Shown piece by piece: positions 16,199 to 24,631 of a stretch of DNA of 64,000 nt. The position numbers were made by a program, and so were the translations under genes. Numbering within the stretch: position 1 is the first letter of the stretch; every line of letters starts with the position of its first letter. Source of the DNA: a virus; the IMG/VR virus record IMGVR_UViG_3300027708_000030, positions 32,001 to 96,000 of that record. One strand, given 5' to 3'. The notes beneath the pieces were generated by a model. The model made no database searches, was not told the DNA's origin, and saw only the letters and a program-made list of their open reading frames with translations.

Positions 16199-16966
16199 AT
16201 GGCTCGTGCATCAGCTGCTAAAAAAGTAATAGACATCAATAATAATGAAGAGCGTGAAACGAAACCAATTGCCAGTAATCAATTAAGAATCCGATTAGAC
16301 AACTTAAAGACATTCCAACCATTAACAGACAATCAGAAGAAATTCTTTGACGCATACAAGCGTGGTGATTATTTTGTGGCACTTCATGGTGTCGCTGGAA
16401 CAGGTAAAACATTCATTGCTCTTTATAAAGCAATCGAAGAAGTCCTTGATAAAGCAAATCCATTCAATAAGATTATTGTAGTTCGTTCTGCAGTTCAATC
16501 TCGTGAGATTGGTCATCTTCCAGGAGATGTAAATGAGAAAATGGAAATCTATCAACAACCATATCGTCAAATCTGCGAGACACTATTCGGTCGCAAAGAC
16601 GCATGGGATAGATTAGAAGAACAGCACCACATTGAGTTTATCTCTACCTCATTTATTCGTGGTATGTCTTTTGATAATGCAATCATTATCGTGGACGAGA
16701 TGCAAAACTTGACCTTTGAAGAAATCGACACAGTTATGACTCGTGTTGGTCATATGTCAAAGATTATCTGGTGTGGAGATTACCGTCAGACTGACCTAAA
16801 TAAGAAAAAGAACGATATGTCTGGTATTCTAAAATTCTTTGATATTGCCATGCATATGGGTGCTTTCACTAAGATTGAATTCACTCCTGATGACATCGTT
16901 CGATCGTCTTTGGTTAAAGATTATATCCTTGCCAAACTAAAAATAGAAGACATGGAGAACAAATGA
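16199..16966 (+). CDS. phoH: PhoH-family ATPase
   Basis: GVAGTGKT, GHLPG, FIRGMSF, DEMQN, GDYRQTDL, DIVRS. Confidence 0.92.
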   Translation: MARASAAKKVIDINNNEERETKPIASNQLRIRLDNLKTFQPLTDNQKKFFDAYKRGDYFVALHGVAGTGKTFIALYKAIEEVLDKANPFNKIIVVRSAVQSREIGHLPGDVNEKMEIYQQPYRQICETLFGRKDAWDRLEEQHHIEFISTSFIRGMSFDNAIIIVDEMQNLTFEEIDTVMTRVGHMSKIIWCGDYRQTDLNKKKNDMSGILKFFDIAMHMGAFTKIEFTPDDIVRSSLVKDYILAKLKIEDMENK

Positions 16967-17583
16967 TTACAGCAGAACAATTTGCACACTTATTTCCAAG
17001 AGCACAAGACCCAGCGTCTTGGGCAGAGTCAATGAACAACGTATTTCCTACATATGAGATTGATACACCACATCGTGTTGCAGCATTCCTTGCACAGTGT
17101 GGTCATGAGTCAGGTGGTTGGACAGTATTCGAAGAAAACCTAAACTATTCCGCACAAGGATTGAATGGTATCTTTAAGAAGTATTTTCCTACAATCGAAT
17201 CAGCTACTCCGTATGCTCGCAAGCCAGAGTTGATTGCCAACAAGATTTATGCAAATCGTATGGGTAATGGTACACCAGAAAGTGGTGATGGATATAAGTA
17301 TCGTGGTCGTGGACCAATTCAGCTGACTGGAAAAGATAACTACAGAGCATTTGCCAAGGATATGTTTGACGACTGGGAAAATCTATTTGAGAATCCAGAC
17401 TGGGTTACATCGGATCGTGACTTTGCTCTTATGTCAGCAATTTGGTTCTGGAATAAAAACAAGTTGAATGTTCAGGCAGATGCTGGTGACATTAAACTAA
17501 TGACTAAAAAGATTAATGGTGGTTACATCGGCTTGGAAGATCGTATCAAACACTACAATGAAGCAATACACTTACTTGTATAA
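16963..17583 (+). CDS. GH19 family endolysin
   Basis: AFLAQCGHES, ENLNYS, YRGRGPIQLTG, INGG..GLEDR. Confidence 0.9.
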   Translation: MITAEQFAHLFPRAQDPASWAESMNNVFPTYEIDTPHRVAAFLAQCGHESGGWTVFEENLNYSAQGLNGIFKKYFPTIESATPYARKPELIANKIYANRMGNGTPESGDGYKYRGRGPIQLTGKDNYRAFAKDMFDDWENLFENPDWVTSDRDFALMSAIWFWNKNKLNVQADAGDIKLMTKKINGGYIGLEDRIKHYNEAIHLLV

Positions 17584-17597
17584 CTAGGAGAAATAAA

Positions 17598-17714
17598 ATG
17601 TTAGACACTCTATTTTGGATAGCACTTGGTGCATTTGTTGGTTGGAATTTTCCACAACCTTTCTGGGCAAAAATTATTCAAGAAAAAATTCAATCGATGA
17701 TTGCTAAAAAGTAA
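17598..17714 (+). CDS. 38-aa membrane peptide
   Basis: AGGAG RBS; MLDTLFWIALGAFVGWNFPQPFWAK...; follows the endolysin. Confidence 0.6.
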   Translation: MLDTLFWIALGAFVGWNFPQPFWAKIIQEKIQSMIAKK

Positions 17715-18097
17715 TGGCTTATTCCGATAAAGTTATCGACCACTATGAGAATCCACGTAATGTGGGTTCTTTGGATAAAAACGATCCATCGGTTGGTACT
17801 GGAATGGTTGGTGCACCTGCGTGTGGTGACGTGATGAAGTTGCAGATTAAAGTTGAAGATGGAATTATTACCGATGCAAAATTCAAAACATATGGATGTG
17901 GATCTGCTATTGCAAGTTCCTCTCTTGTTACCGAATGGGTTAAAGGCAAGACATTGGAGCAAGCAGCAGTTATTAAAAATTCAGACATTGCTCAAGAACT
18001 CGCATTGCCCCCAGTCAAAATCCATTGTAGCATCCTTGCTGAAGATGCCATCAAAGCAGCAATAAACGACTATCAACTAAAGTGTGCGTGCGTATGA
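17714..18097 (+). CDS. iscU: Fe-S cluster scaffold IscU
   Basis: [41 protein letters not shown]. Confidence 0.96.
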   Translation: MAYSDKVIDHYENPRNVGSLDKNDPSVGTGMVGAPACGDVMKLQIKVEDGIITDAKFKTYGCGSAIASSSLVTEWVKGKTLEQAAVIKNSDIAQELALPPVKIHCSILAEDAIKAAINDYQLKCACV

Positions 18098-18405
18098 TTA
18101 CCGTAACAGAATCCGCAAAGAAACAACTCGATGAGATCCTAATGGATGATGTATCGATGAAATATGTAAGAGCATTCATCACTGGTGGTGGTTGCTCTGG
18201 TTTTAATTATGGGTTTACACTTGAAGCAGATAAAGAAGAAGATGACTTCGTTATTGACAATCTTGTAGTTGATGCCATGAGTATGCAGTATTTTGACAAC
18301 GCTACTATAGATTTTACTAGTGATAAATTAAAAGGATCTCAATTTGTTATATCAAACCCAAACGCAAAATCAACCTGTGGATGTGGAAGCAGTTTCTCAG
18401 TCTAA
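18094..18405 (+). CDS. A-type Fe-S carrier (IscA/ErpA, HesB family)
   Basis: GGCSGFNY and TCGCGSSF; ATGA overlap with iscU. Confidence 0.93.
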   Translation: MITVTESAKKQLDEILMDDVSMKYVRAFITGGGCSGFNYGFTLEADKEEDDFVIDNLVVDAMSMQYFDNATIDFTSDKLKGSQFVISNPNAKSTCGCGSSFSV

Positions 18406-18406
18406 A

Positions 18407-19060
18407 GTGAAAACATTTATACATCATGATTTCGGCAAACTTGAACGTGACACAAAACCCGATGGTACAAGGTTATATAAAACCCCATCGGGTAAATCCT
18501 ATCCCTCCGTTACGACAGTTACAGGATTGCACTCAGCAAAGGGAATCCTGGAGTGGCGAAAAAGAGTCGGAGAAGCAGAAGCAAACCGAGTCTCCGCAAA
18601 AGCCAGTTCCAGAGGTACAAGAATCCATCAACACTGTGAAGACTTTCTCCTTGGAGAGCATGTTGAGCCAGATATGTTTGATGCAGAGATGTTCAACTCA
18701 ATCCGACCACTCCTCGACCAAATCGACAACATCCACTGCTTGGAGACTCCACTATGGTCTGACCATTTACAAGTCGCAGGAACAGTTGACTGTATCGCAG
18801 AGTTCCAAGGTAAACTTTCGGTTATAGATTTTAAGACATCTAGTAAACCAAAAGATAGAGATGATATCCATAACTACTTTATGCAGACTGCAGCATATGC
18901 AGTAGCATTTGAAGAACGAACTGGTATTCCTATTGGAAGACTTGTAATTATTATGGCAGTTGATAGTGACGATCCAAGATGGTTTATCGAGAAACGAGAC
19001 AATTGGATTGGTGGTTTTAAAAAACTGCGATTAGACTATAAGAATTTAAAAAACATTTGA
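18407..19060 (+). CDS. PD-(D/E)XK exonuclease (Cas4-like fold)
   Basis: YPSVTTV, RGTRIH, AGTVDC..IDFKTS, YFMQ..AY; GTG start. Confidence 0.85.
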   Translation: MKTFIHHDFGKLERDTKPDGTRLYKTPSGKSYPSVTTVTGLHSAKGILEWRKRVGEAEANRVSAKASSRGTRIHQHCEDFLLGEHVEPDMFDAEMFNSIRPLLDQIDNIHCLETPLWSDHLQVAGTVDCIAEFQGKLSVIDFKTSSKPKDRDDIHNYFMQTAAYAVAFEERTGIPIGRLVIIMAVDSDDPRWFIEKRDNWIGGFKKLRLDYKNLKNI

Positions 19061-19085
19061 CTTGTAACTAAATACAAGGTATAAT
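19057..19085 (+). promoter_or_regulatory. tmRNA promoter
   Basis: TTGACT-17-TATAAT. Confidence 0.8.
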
Positions 19086-19089
19086 GTAG

Positions 19090-19384
19090 GTTATTGCTGT
19101 ATGAAGCAAAGAGAAAAGTGTTCTGGACGGGAGTTCGATTCTCCCCACCTCCACCAGAAGTGCATGTGTTAGATGAAAGAAACCATTTTATGGGCTCTAA
19201 TGGGTGTACTTCTGATGGGGGTGACTAGGTTTCGACAGGGCAACAAGTACACAAGTGGACAGCACGACACAGAGAGTCGTAAAAAGTAAAAAACCGTAAA
19301 CGCAAACGACGCACAGTTCGCATTAGCAGCCTAAACACTGCTTAGGGTTTCGATAGGTTTCCTCGTAACAGAATAACCTATCAC
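19090..19384 (+). ncRNA. ssrA: circularly permuted (two-piece) tmRNA
   Basis: T-arm and CACCTCCACCA end at 19156, before GGGGGTG...TTCGAC at 19217; tag ORF ANDAQFALAA* at 19302-19334. Confidence 0.92.
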
Positions 19385-19406
19385 ATTATTTTAAAAAGGG
19401 AATTAC

Positions 19407-19850
19407 ATGAAAAAAGTTATTTTAGTAACAGCATTAATGGCATCGATGGGTGCACAAGCAGTTGAACTAGGTATTAATGCAAGTCGTGATACTGCCAATA
19501 CAGATCGTACTGGTTATGGTATTACAATTGGACAGAAGTATGACAAAGTAGGCATTACAGCTGGCTTTGATCAATACAAATCTGGAATTGATATGAACAA
19601 GTATAGTTTAGTTGCTTCTTATGATGTTACCAAAGTTGGTGCAGCAACCATTGCAGTTAAGGGTGGAGTTGCCTACTTAGATCAAAAGAATACAACTGAT
19701 GGCTATGCAGCATTAGTTGGTGCAGGTGTTTCTTATCCACTAAGCAAACAAGTTGCTCTTACTGCTGATTATCGTTATCAAGCAGGACAATCTAAAGTTA
19801 GTTCTTTAGATGGTAGCACTATCATTGCTGGTTTGAAATATTCATTCTAA
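19407..19850 (+). CDS. outer-membrane beta-barrel protein
   Basis: Signal peptide, amphipathic strands, C-terminal GLKYSF beta-signal. Confidence 0.8.
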   Translation: MKKVILVTALMASMGAQAVELGINASRDTANTDRTGYGITIGQKYDKVGITAGFDQYKSGIDMNKYSLVASYDVTKVGAATIAVKGGVAYLDQKNTTDGYAALVGAGVSYPLSKQVALTADYRYQAGQSKVSSLDGSTIIAGLKYSF

Positions 19851-20113
19851 TGAACATTTTGCCATTAAAGACGCAAGTATTGGTCGCTGAGAATAAAAAA
19901 GATGACACAACTGAGTCTGGCATTATTATTGAGGGTACTCGTGGTACTGGCATGACAGCCAAAGCCACAGTACTCGCAATTGGTCCAGATGTGACTGATG
20001 TTAAAATCGATGATGTTGTTTTGTTGGATTGGTCAAAGGCATCTCCAGTAAAAATTGGTGATGTGCAGAGAGCGATGATTAAAGAAGAATTTATCATCGC
20101 AGTGTTTGAATAA
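19850..20113 (+). CDS. groES: GroES-like co-chaperonin
   Basis: ILPL..QVLV, TESGIII mobile loop, VLAIGP, EEFIIAV. Confidence 0.85.
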   Translation: MNILPLKTQVLVAENKKDDTTESGIIIEGTRGTGMTAKATVLAIGPDVTDVKIDDVVLLDWSKASPVKIGDVQRAMIKEEFIIAVFE

Positions 20114-20205
20114 GTCGAAGCTGGATGCAAGACCCTCTATACCTATTGTATAGATCTGGATTGCTTAAGGATGACGAAGTGGTAGTTTAATTTAAGGAGA
20201 TTTCT

Positions 20206-20415
20206 ATGAAATCATTGATCGCAGTAGTATTGTTAGCATTTACAGCGTCTATCTTTGCAGCAGAGCCAGCAAAGAAAGAAGAAAAGAAAGTAGAAGCAAA
20301 TTGCGTAACTAAAGATAAAAAAGGAAATTGTCCTCCTCCACCAAAAGGTGAAAAACCTACTCCTAAAAAAGTAGAGAAGAAGGATGACAAAAAAGCTGAA
20401 CCAGCAAAGAAATAA
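20206..20415 (+). CDS. secreted Lys/Pro-rich small protein
   Basis: Signal peptide then low complexity; one Cys pair. Confidence 0.65.
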   Translation: MKSLIAVVLLAFTASIFAAEPAKKEEKKVEANCVTKDKKGNCPPPPKGEKPTPKKVEKKDDKKAEPAKK

Positions 20416-20493
20416 TTCCTAAATAATTATACAGTGGGTTGATGGAACCCAATAAAACCATCATTACACAAACACAACACAAAGGAGTATTTT

Positions 20494-20769
20494 ATGTCAA
20501 ATATGACACCATTCGAAATCCGTCTTGAACTACTAAAAATGGCAAAAGACATGTTAAACGATGATTATTATGGTAAGCGTGAGGTTATTAGCAATAGTTG
20601 GCATGCCAAACTAGAAATTGCTAAAATCAATGGTGGAGAGTTACCTGAACATCCAGGATTCCCAACTTATCCATCAGAAGCGGAAATCATTGCAAAGGCT
20701 CAGACCCTAAATGGTTTTGTTTCAAACATCCCACTAGATACAAAGACTATTAGCAAAAAGTCCACCTGA
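20494..20769 (+). CDS. conserved phage hypothetical protein
   Basis: TPFEIRLELLKMA...YP...EII.KA..L..FVS; AAGGAG RBS. Confidence 0.75.
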   Translation: MSNMTPFEIRLELLKMAKDMLNDDYYGKREVISNSWHAKLEIAKINGGELPEHPGFPTYPSEAEIIAKAQTLNGFVSNIPLDTKTISKKST

Positions 20770-20831
20770 TAGGGAATTGGATTGTAGGGTTCACACACTC
20801 TGCAATCCTTAACTGTTTTAAGGAGATCAAT

Positions 20832-21341
20832 ATGCATAAACGATTATACAGTTTAGCAGCAATATTTTTAATAAGCATAACATTATTACTATGCACAGGT
20901 TTTTCAAAAGAAAAGATTATCGGTGTAACATATACACAACTGACACCAGAAGCCAGAACGCAAGTTGACTGTTTGGCAGAAAACATTTATTATGAAGCAG
21001 GATTTGAACCACGAGACGGAAAGATCGCTGTTGCAATGGTAACATTGAACAGAGTGCAAGATCCACAATTTCCAAAAGATATTTGCTCTGTAGTGAAACA
21101 AAAGGTAAAATCAACCTGTCAGTTCACTTGGTTCTGTGAGCACAAAACAATACAGAACAATTCAGTATACATGCAAGCAAGAGATATTGCATTGCTGGTG
21201 TATGCTAACTATGAAAAGATGCACGACATGACAGAAGGTGCATTATTTTATCATGCGGATTATGTTAATCCACGATGGAAACTTGAACGAACTGCAGTAA
21301 TCGGCAGACATATTTTTTATAAACAGAGAGATGGTATTTAA
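20832..21341 (+). CDS. cell wall hydrolase (SleB/Hydrolase_2)
   Basis: CLAENIYYEA, AVAMVTLNRV, CQFTW, GALFYHA..V.P.W, IGRHIFY. Confidence 0.88.
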   Translation: MHKRLYSLAAIFLISITLLLCTGFSKEKIIGVTYTQLTPEARTQVDCLAENIYYEAGFEPRDGKIAVAMVTLNRVQDPQFPKDICSVVKQKVKSTCQFTWFCEHKTIQNNSVYMQARDIALLVYANYEKMHDMTEGALFYHADYVNPRWKLERTAVIGRHIFYKQRDGI

Positions 21342-21342
21342 T

Positions 21343-21906
21343 ATGATGAACAAACTGAACATTCAACTTAAAGATAGCGGAGACGATTCAGCACACTCGT
21401 TTTATCTCCTTATGGAAGAAATATCATTACAGTCTGCAAAGACTTTAGTTGAATGGATCTTTGAAGCAAACTTTACTGAAGAACGACCAGATTTACTCAA
21501 TCTGATTATCTGTTCTCCAGGTGGTGACTTGAACGCTGCATTTGCAGTTATCGATACTATGAGAGGTTCAGCAATCCCTATTCGCACAATTGGTTTAGGA
21601 CAAATTGCTTCGGCAGGATTAATGATCTTTCTTGCTGGTGACAAAGGGCATCGTATTCTCACACCGAATACTTCTATACTCTCCCATCAATACACTTGGG
21701 GTGCTTTTGGTAAAGAACACGAATTATTCGCAACGGTAAAAGAGTTTGACTTAACGACTAAAAAAATGATCACTCATTATAAAAAGTCTACTGGTCTTGC
21801 TGAATCAAAAATCAGAGAGGTATTATTACCACCTCAAGATATTTGGCTCAGTCCTCTTGAAGCCAAAAAATTAGGACTATGCGATGAAGTTAAAGAACTT
21901 TCTTGA
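21343..21906 (+). CDS. clpP: ClpP-family protease
   Basis: ICSPGG, IASAG (Ser), SHQ (His), QDIWLS (Asp), EAKKLGLCD. Confidence 0.88.
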   Translation: MMNKLNIQLKDSGDDSAHSFYLLMEEISLQSAKTLVEWIFEANFTEERPDLLNLIICSPGGDLNAAFAVIDTMRGSAIPIRTIGLGQIASAGLMIFLAGDKGHRILTPNTSILSHQYTWGAFGKEHELFATVKEFDLTTKKMITHYKKSTGLAESKIREVLLPPQDIWLSPLEAKKLGLCDEVKELS

Positions 21907-22091
21907 TTATGTAAAATTTTCTGGAATCTGGATAGGGTTTGTTTTGAATCCTTACCACTGGGAATTTCGAGTAGAAAAAACTGGACCAACTGATACAGAT
22001 CCAAACGGATATCTGGCATCTGTTTATTTTGGACCATTTTGGATTAGGGCTGTCTTAGATGATGGATCTTGGTAAATTAAAGGGGATAATT

Positions 22092-22328
22092 ATGAATGAT
22101 AATGTTTTTGTTAGTTGTGTTACTCTTGCAATTGTAACACTTATTTGCTCTATTACTTTCTATCAGTATAGTGAGTTGAAATCAGTTGAGAGAAATGTAG
22201 AATCAGCGATTGTAAAAGGAATTGATCCTGTTGCAGTTCGCTGTGCCTATGCAACCCAATCAGATATGGTTTGTGTAGCATACGGATCGTCTCATCAAGG
22301 GTTTTCTACCCCAAAATCCTCTAAGTAA
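22092..22328 (+). CDS. membrane-anchored hypothetical protein
   Basis: N-terminal TM helix; GIDPVAVRCAY. Confidence 0.6.
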   Translation: MNDNVFVSCVTLAIVTLICSITFYQYSELKSVERNVESAIVKGIDPVAVRCAYATQSDMVCVAYGSSHQGFSTPKSSK

Positions 22329-22347
22329 GTAGTTACTTACTAAACCG

Positions 22348-22405
22348 ATCCTCTAGGATACACGTGTTCTAGGGGGTTGTCTTTAATTCCGAATTAGCGT
22401 ATAAT
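22348..22405 (+). promoter_or_regulatory. palindrome plus early-type promoter
   Basis: CCTCTAGGA..TTCTAGGGG; TTGTCT-TTAATT-17-TATAAT. Confidence 0.7.
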
Positions 22406-22436
22406 ATCTCTATTATCGTTGAAAAGGAAGTTAAAA

Positions 22437-23132
22437 ATGGGTTTACTTACAGTTGGCAATCCAAAGTTGTTAAAGGGTCTGAAGAAGGGTTACTTATCTT
22501 CAGTGTTACACTTTGCACCTGCTGATTTATCAGGTAAAGAAGTGTGTCCTAAGCGAACAGCTGGATGTACACTTGCATGTTTGAACACTGCTGGTCGTGG
22601 TGGCATCTTCAAAAAAGGTGAATCCACTAATGTGATTCAGCAAGCACGAATTCGTAAGACCAAAGCATTCTTCGAAAATCGTCAAGCATTCCTCAATGAG
22701 TTGACTGTTGAGATTATCAAAACAAAAACCAAAGCAGAAAAACAAGGACTCATTCCAGTCTTTCGTTTGAATGGTACTTCAGATCTCGCATGGGAGAAAT
22801 ATGAAGTTGCAAATGGCAAGAACATTTTCCAAATGTTCCCAGAAGTGCAATTTTACGACTATACCAAAATCAACAATCGCAAAGTTGCACATATCCCTAA
22901 CTATCACCTGACTTTCTCCAAAGCAGATGGCAACGATATGGATGTTCGTATTGCATTGTCAAATGGTATGAATGTTGCAGCTGTATTTCACAAAGTGCCA
23001 GAAACATATCTCGGGCGACCAGTTATCAATGGCGACGAGACTGATCTTCGTTTCTTAGATCCAAAGGGTGTTATTGTTGGATTGAAAGCAAAGGGTAAAG
23101 CAAAGAAAGATACTACTGGTTTCGTGGTGTAA
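22437..23132 (+). CDS. GP88-like phage protein (Cys-cluster, radical-SAM-like fold possible)
   Basis: CP.....C...CL..AGRG, RLNGTSD, QFYDYTK, YHLTFS, GDETDLRFLD. Confidence 0.7.
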   Translation: MGLLTVGNPKLLKGLKKGYLSSVLHFAPADLSGKEVCPKRTAGCTLACLNTAGRGGIFKKGESTNVIQQARIRKTKAFFENRQAFLNELTVEIIKTKTKAEKQGLIPVFRLNGTSDLAWEKYEVANGKNIFQMFPEVQFYDYTKINNRKVAHIPNYHLTFSKADGNDMDVRIALSNGMNVAAVFHKVPETYLGRPVINGDETDLRFLDPKGVIVGLKAKGKAKKDTTGFVV

Positions 23133-23134
23133 TC

Positions 23135-23641
23135 ATGACATTAAATGAACTCGCTACGAAAGAAGTAATCTTTCGCACAAATAAAACAGTCGTTGCAACC
23201 AAAGCACTAATCTCGATGGTTGAACATAAACCAATCAGAGATTATCTTAAAAAATGCATGGGTATTCCTATTGATAAACTTGCAGAATATGTTGGTGCAT
23301 ATTTACTTGGTCATCAACTAGTAGATGCAGTTGGGTTTGATACTCGCAAAGGAAATAAAAAATTAGAAATAAAATGGTCATTTTTGAATCGTACTCCCAG
23401 TAAAAATGGTAATCCCACTGCAAGTGCGAATATGTCCAATCTAAAATCAAAGTCTTGTGATTTGATGGTTTTCGTTTGCGATGATGAATTGAAACCAACA
23501 GATCATAATTATATTCGTATATTTTTGTTTCCAGCAAAGATTTGGAAACCATGTTGGAAGAATGATAAACACAGCATGTCTTTCGGTAGTGATAGACATA
23601 AATGGTATGACAAATACCAGTTGACATTAAATGATATTTAA
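23135..23641 (+). CDS. hypothetical protein, possible PD-(D/E)XK nuclease
   Basis: GFD...KLEIK motif; basic. Confidence 0.45.
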   Translation: MTLNELATKEVIFRTNKTVVATKALISMVEHKPIRDYLKKCMGIPIDKLAEYVGAYLLGHQLVDAVGFDTRKGNKKLEIKWSFLNRTPSKNGNPTASANMSNLKSKSCDLMVFVCDDELKPTDHNYIRIFLFPAKIWKPCWKNDKHSMSFGSDRHKWYDKYQLTLNDI

Positions 23642-23655
23642 GGTATAATTATATT

Positions 23656-24000
23656 ATGCAATTTTTACATACATCACTTGGAAAGTCCAAGAAAAAGAAA
23701 CCGACTGCAAAACAACGAGAGTTGCAGTCGTCATGGGAAACCATGCTAAAGAAGTATGCCACAAAGACGATTACTCCTAAAAAGCAATCACTCAGTGATG
23801 TATACTCACTTGGTACACCTGCTTGTCGTGAGACACCTAAGATTCCAAGTCTTCCATTCACAGGTGCTCCTTGTGTTAAGAAACCAAACCCTGTTTATAC
23901 AGGTACTAAGGTTAAAGGTATTGGCACGATGCATAAAAGTAATGCAGTTCCAATTTTTAGTGATGAAGAAGCAGTTGCTATTGCAACAATGAGGAGATAA
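23656..24000 (+). CDS. conserved T4-like hypothetical protein
   Basis: YTG..VKGIGTMHKSNAVPIF..A.MRR; TTGACA-17-TATAAT at 23621-23649. Confidence 0.75.
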   Translation: MQFLHTSLGKSKKKKPTAKQRELQSSWETMLKKYATKTITPKKQSLSDVYSLGTPACRETPKIPSLPFTGAPCVKKPNPVYTGTKVKGIGTMHKSNAVPIFSDEEAVAIATMRR

Positions 24001-24002
24001 CA

Positions 24003-24191
24003 ATGGCTGAATTTTGTGTTAAGTGTTCTGAAAAAGAAGCAGAGATAGAAATTCTCCGCAATCAACACTATAAAGAAATGCAATGCATGAAAGAAAAGAT
24101 TGCTAAATTACAGGATGAAAACGATGCACTTATCATGGATGTTGCATTCTATGGTGGCAACATGATTAACTTGTCTTGCAATGACAAATAA
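24003..24191 (+). CDS. hypothetical coiled-coil protein
   Basis: AGGAG RBS. Confidence 0.55.
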   Translation: MAEFCVKCSEKEAEIEILRNQHYKEMQCMKEKIAKLQDENDALIMDVAFYGGNMINLSCNDK

Positions 24192-24204
24192 GGTATAATA
24201 TATT

Positions 24205-24423
24205 ATGACGCTGAACGAGAAGTATAGTGACTTACAAGTCCAAAAGATGAAATTAGATAAATTCTTCTCTATGTTCCTTGAGAAGTTTGAAAGACAGATG
24301 GATCCTGATAGAACGGATACACCTGTTTGGAAACTCTATAAAAATAAACTCAAAGAATATGAAAAGGTAGATCATGAACTTAAAGCAACTCAGTACTGGA
24401 TTAACAAGGAACGAAATGTTTAA
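24205..24423 (+). CDS. hypothetical protein
   Basis: Follows TTGTCT-17-TATAAT at 24171-24199. Confidence 0.6.
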   Translation: MTLNEKYSDLQVQKMKLDKFFSMFLEKFERQMDPDRTDTPVWKLYKNKLKEYEKVDHELKATQYWINKERNV

Positions 24424-24631
24424 AACTGCAAACGAATTCTCTCTTCACATAGAGCAGATGGTTCGTGATAGCAAAATGACATATATGGATGCTGTTCTTG
24501 AATATTGTAAAGAAAACTATCTAGAGCCAGAAGATGTATCGAAGTTGATTAACAAGTCTCTGAAAGATAAAATTGAAATGAATTTTCGTGATTTAAACTA
24601 CTTACCAAAGCAAGCACAACTGGATGTGTAA
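24416..24631 (+). CDS. gp33: late transcription co-activator gp33
   Basis: FS..IE..V......YMDAVL.YC..N..E.E...KLI...LK.KI; synteny with gp59 and gp32. Confidence 0.85.
   Translation: MFKTANEFSLHIEQMVRDSKMTYMDAVLEYCKENYLEPEDVSKLINKSLKDKIEMNFRDLNYLPKQAQLDV

Noticed and set aside
18407-19060. cas4 as evidence of a CRISPR system
   Set aside because: No other cas genes or array, and no C-terminal Cys triad; this is the stand-alone exonuclease common in T4-like phages.
20114-20190. Hairpin TCTATAC/GTATAGA after groES
   Set aside because: Only one convincing stem and no U tract or recognisable motif; not enough to call an RNA element.
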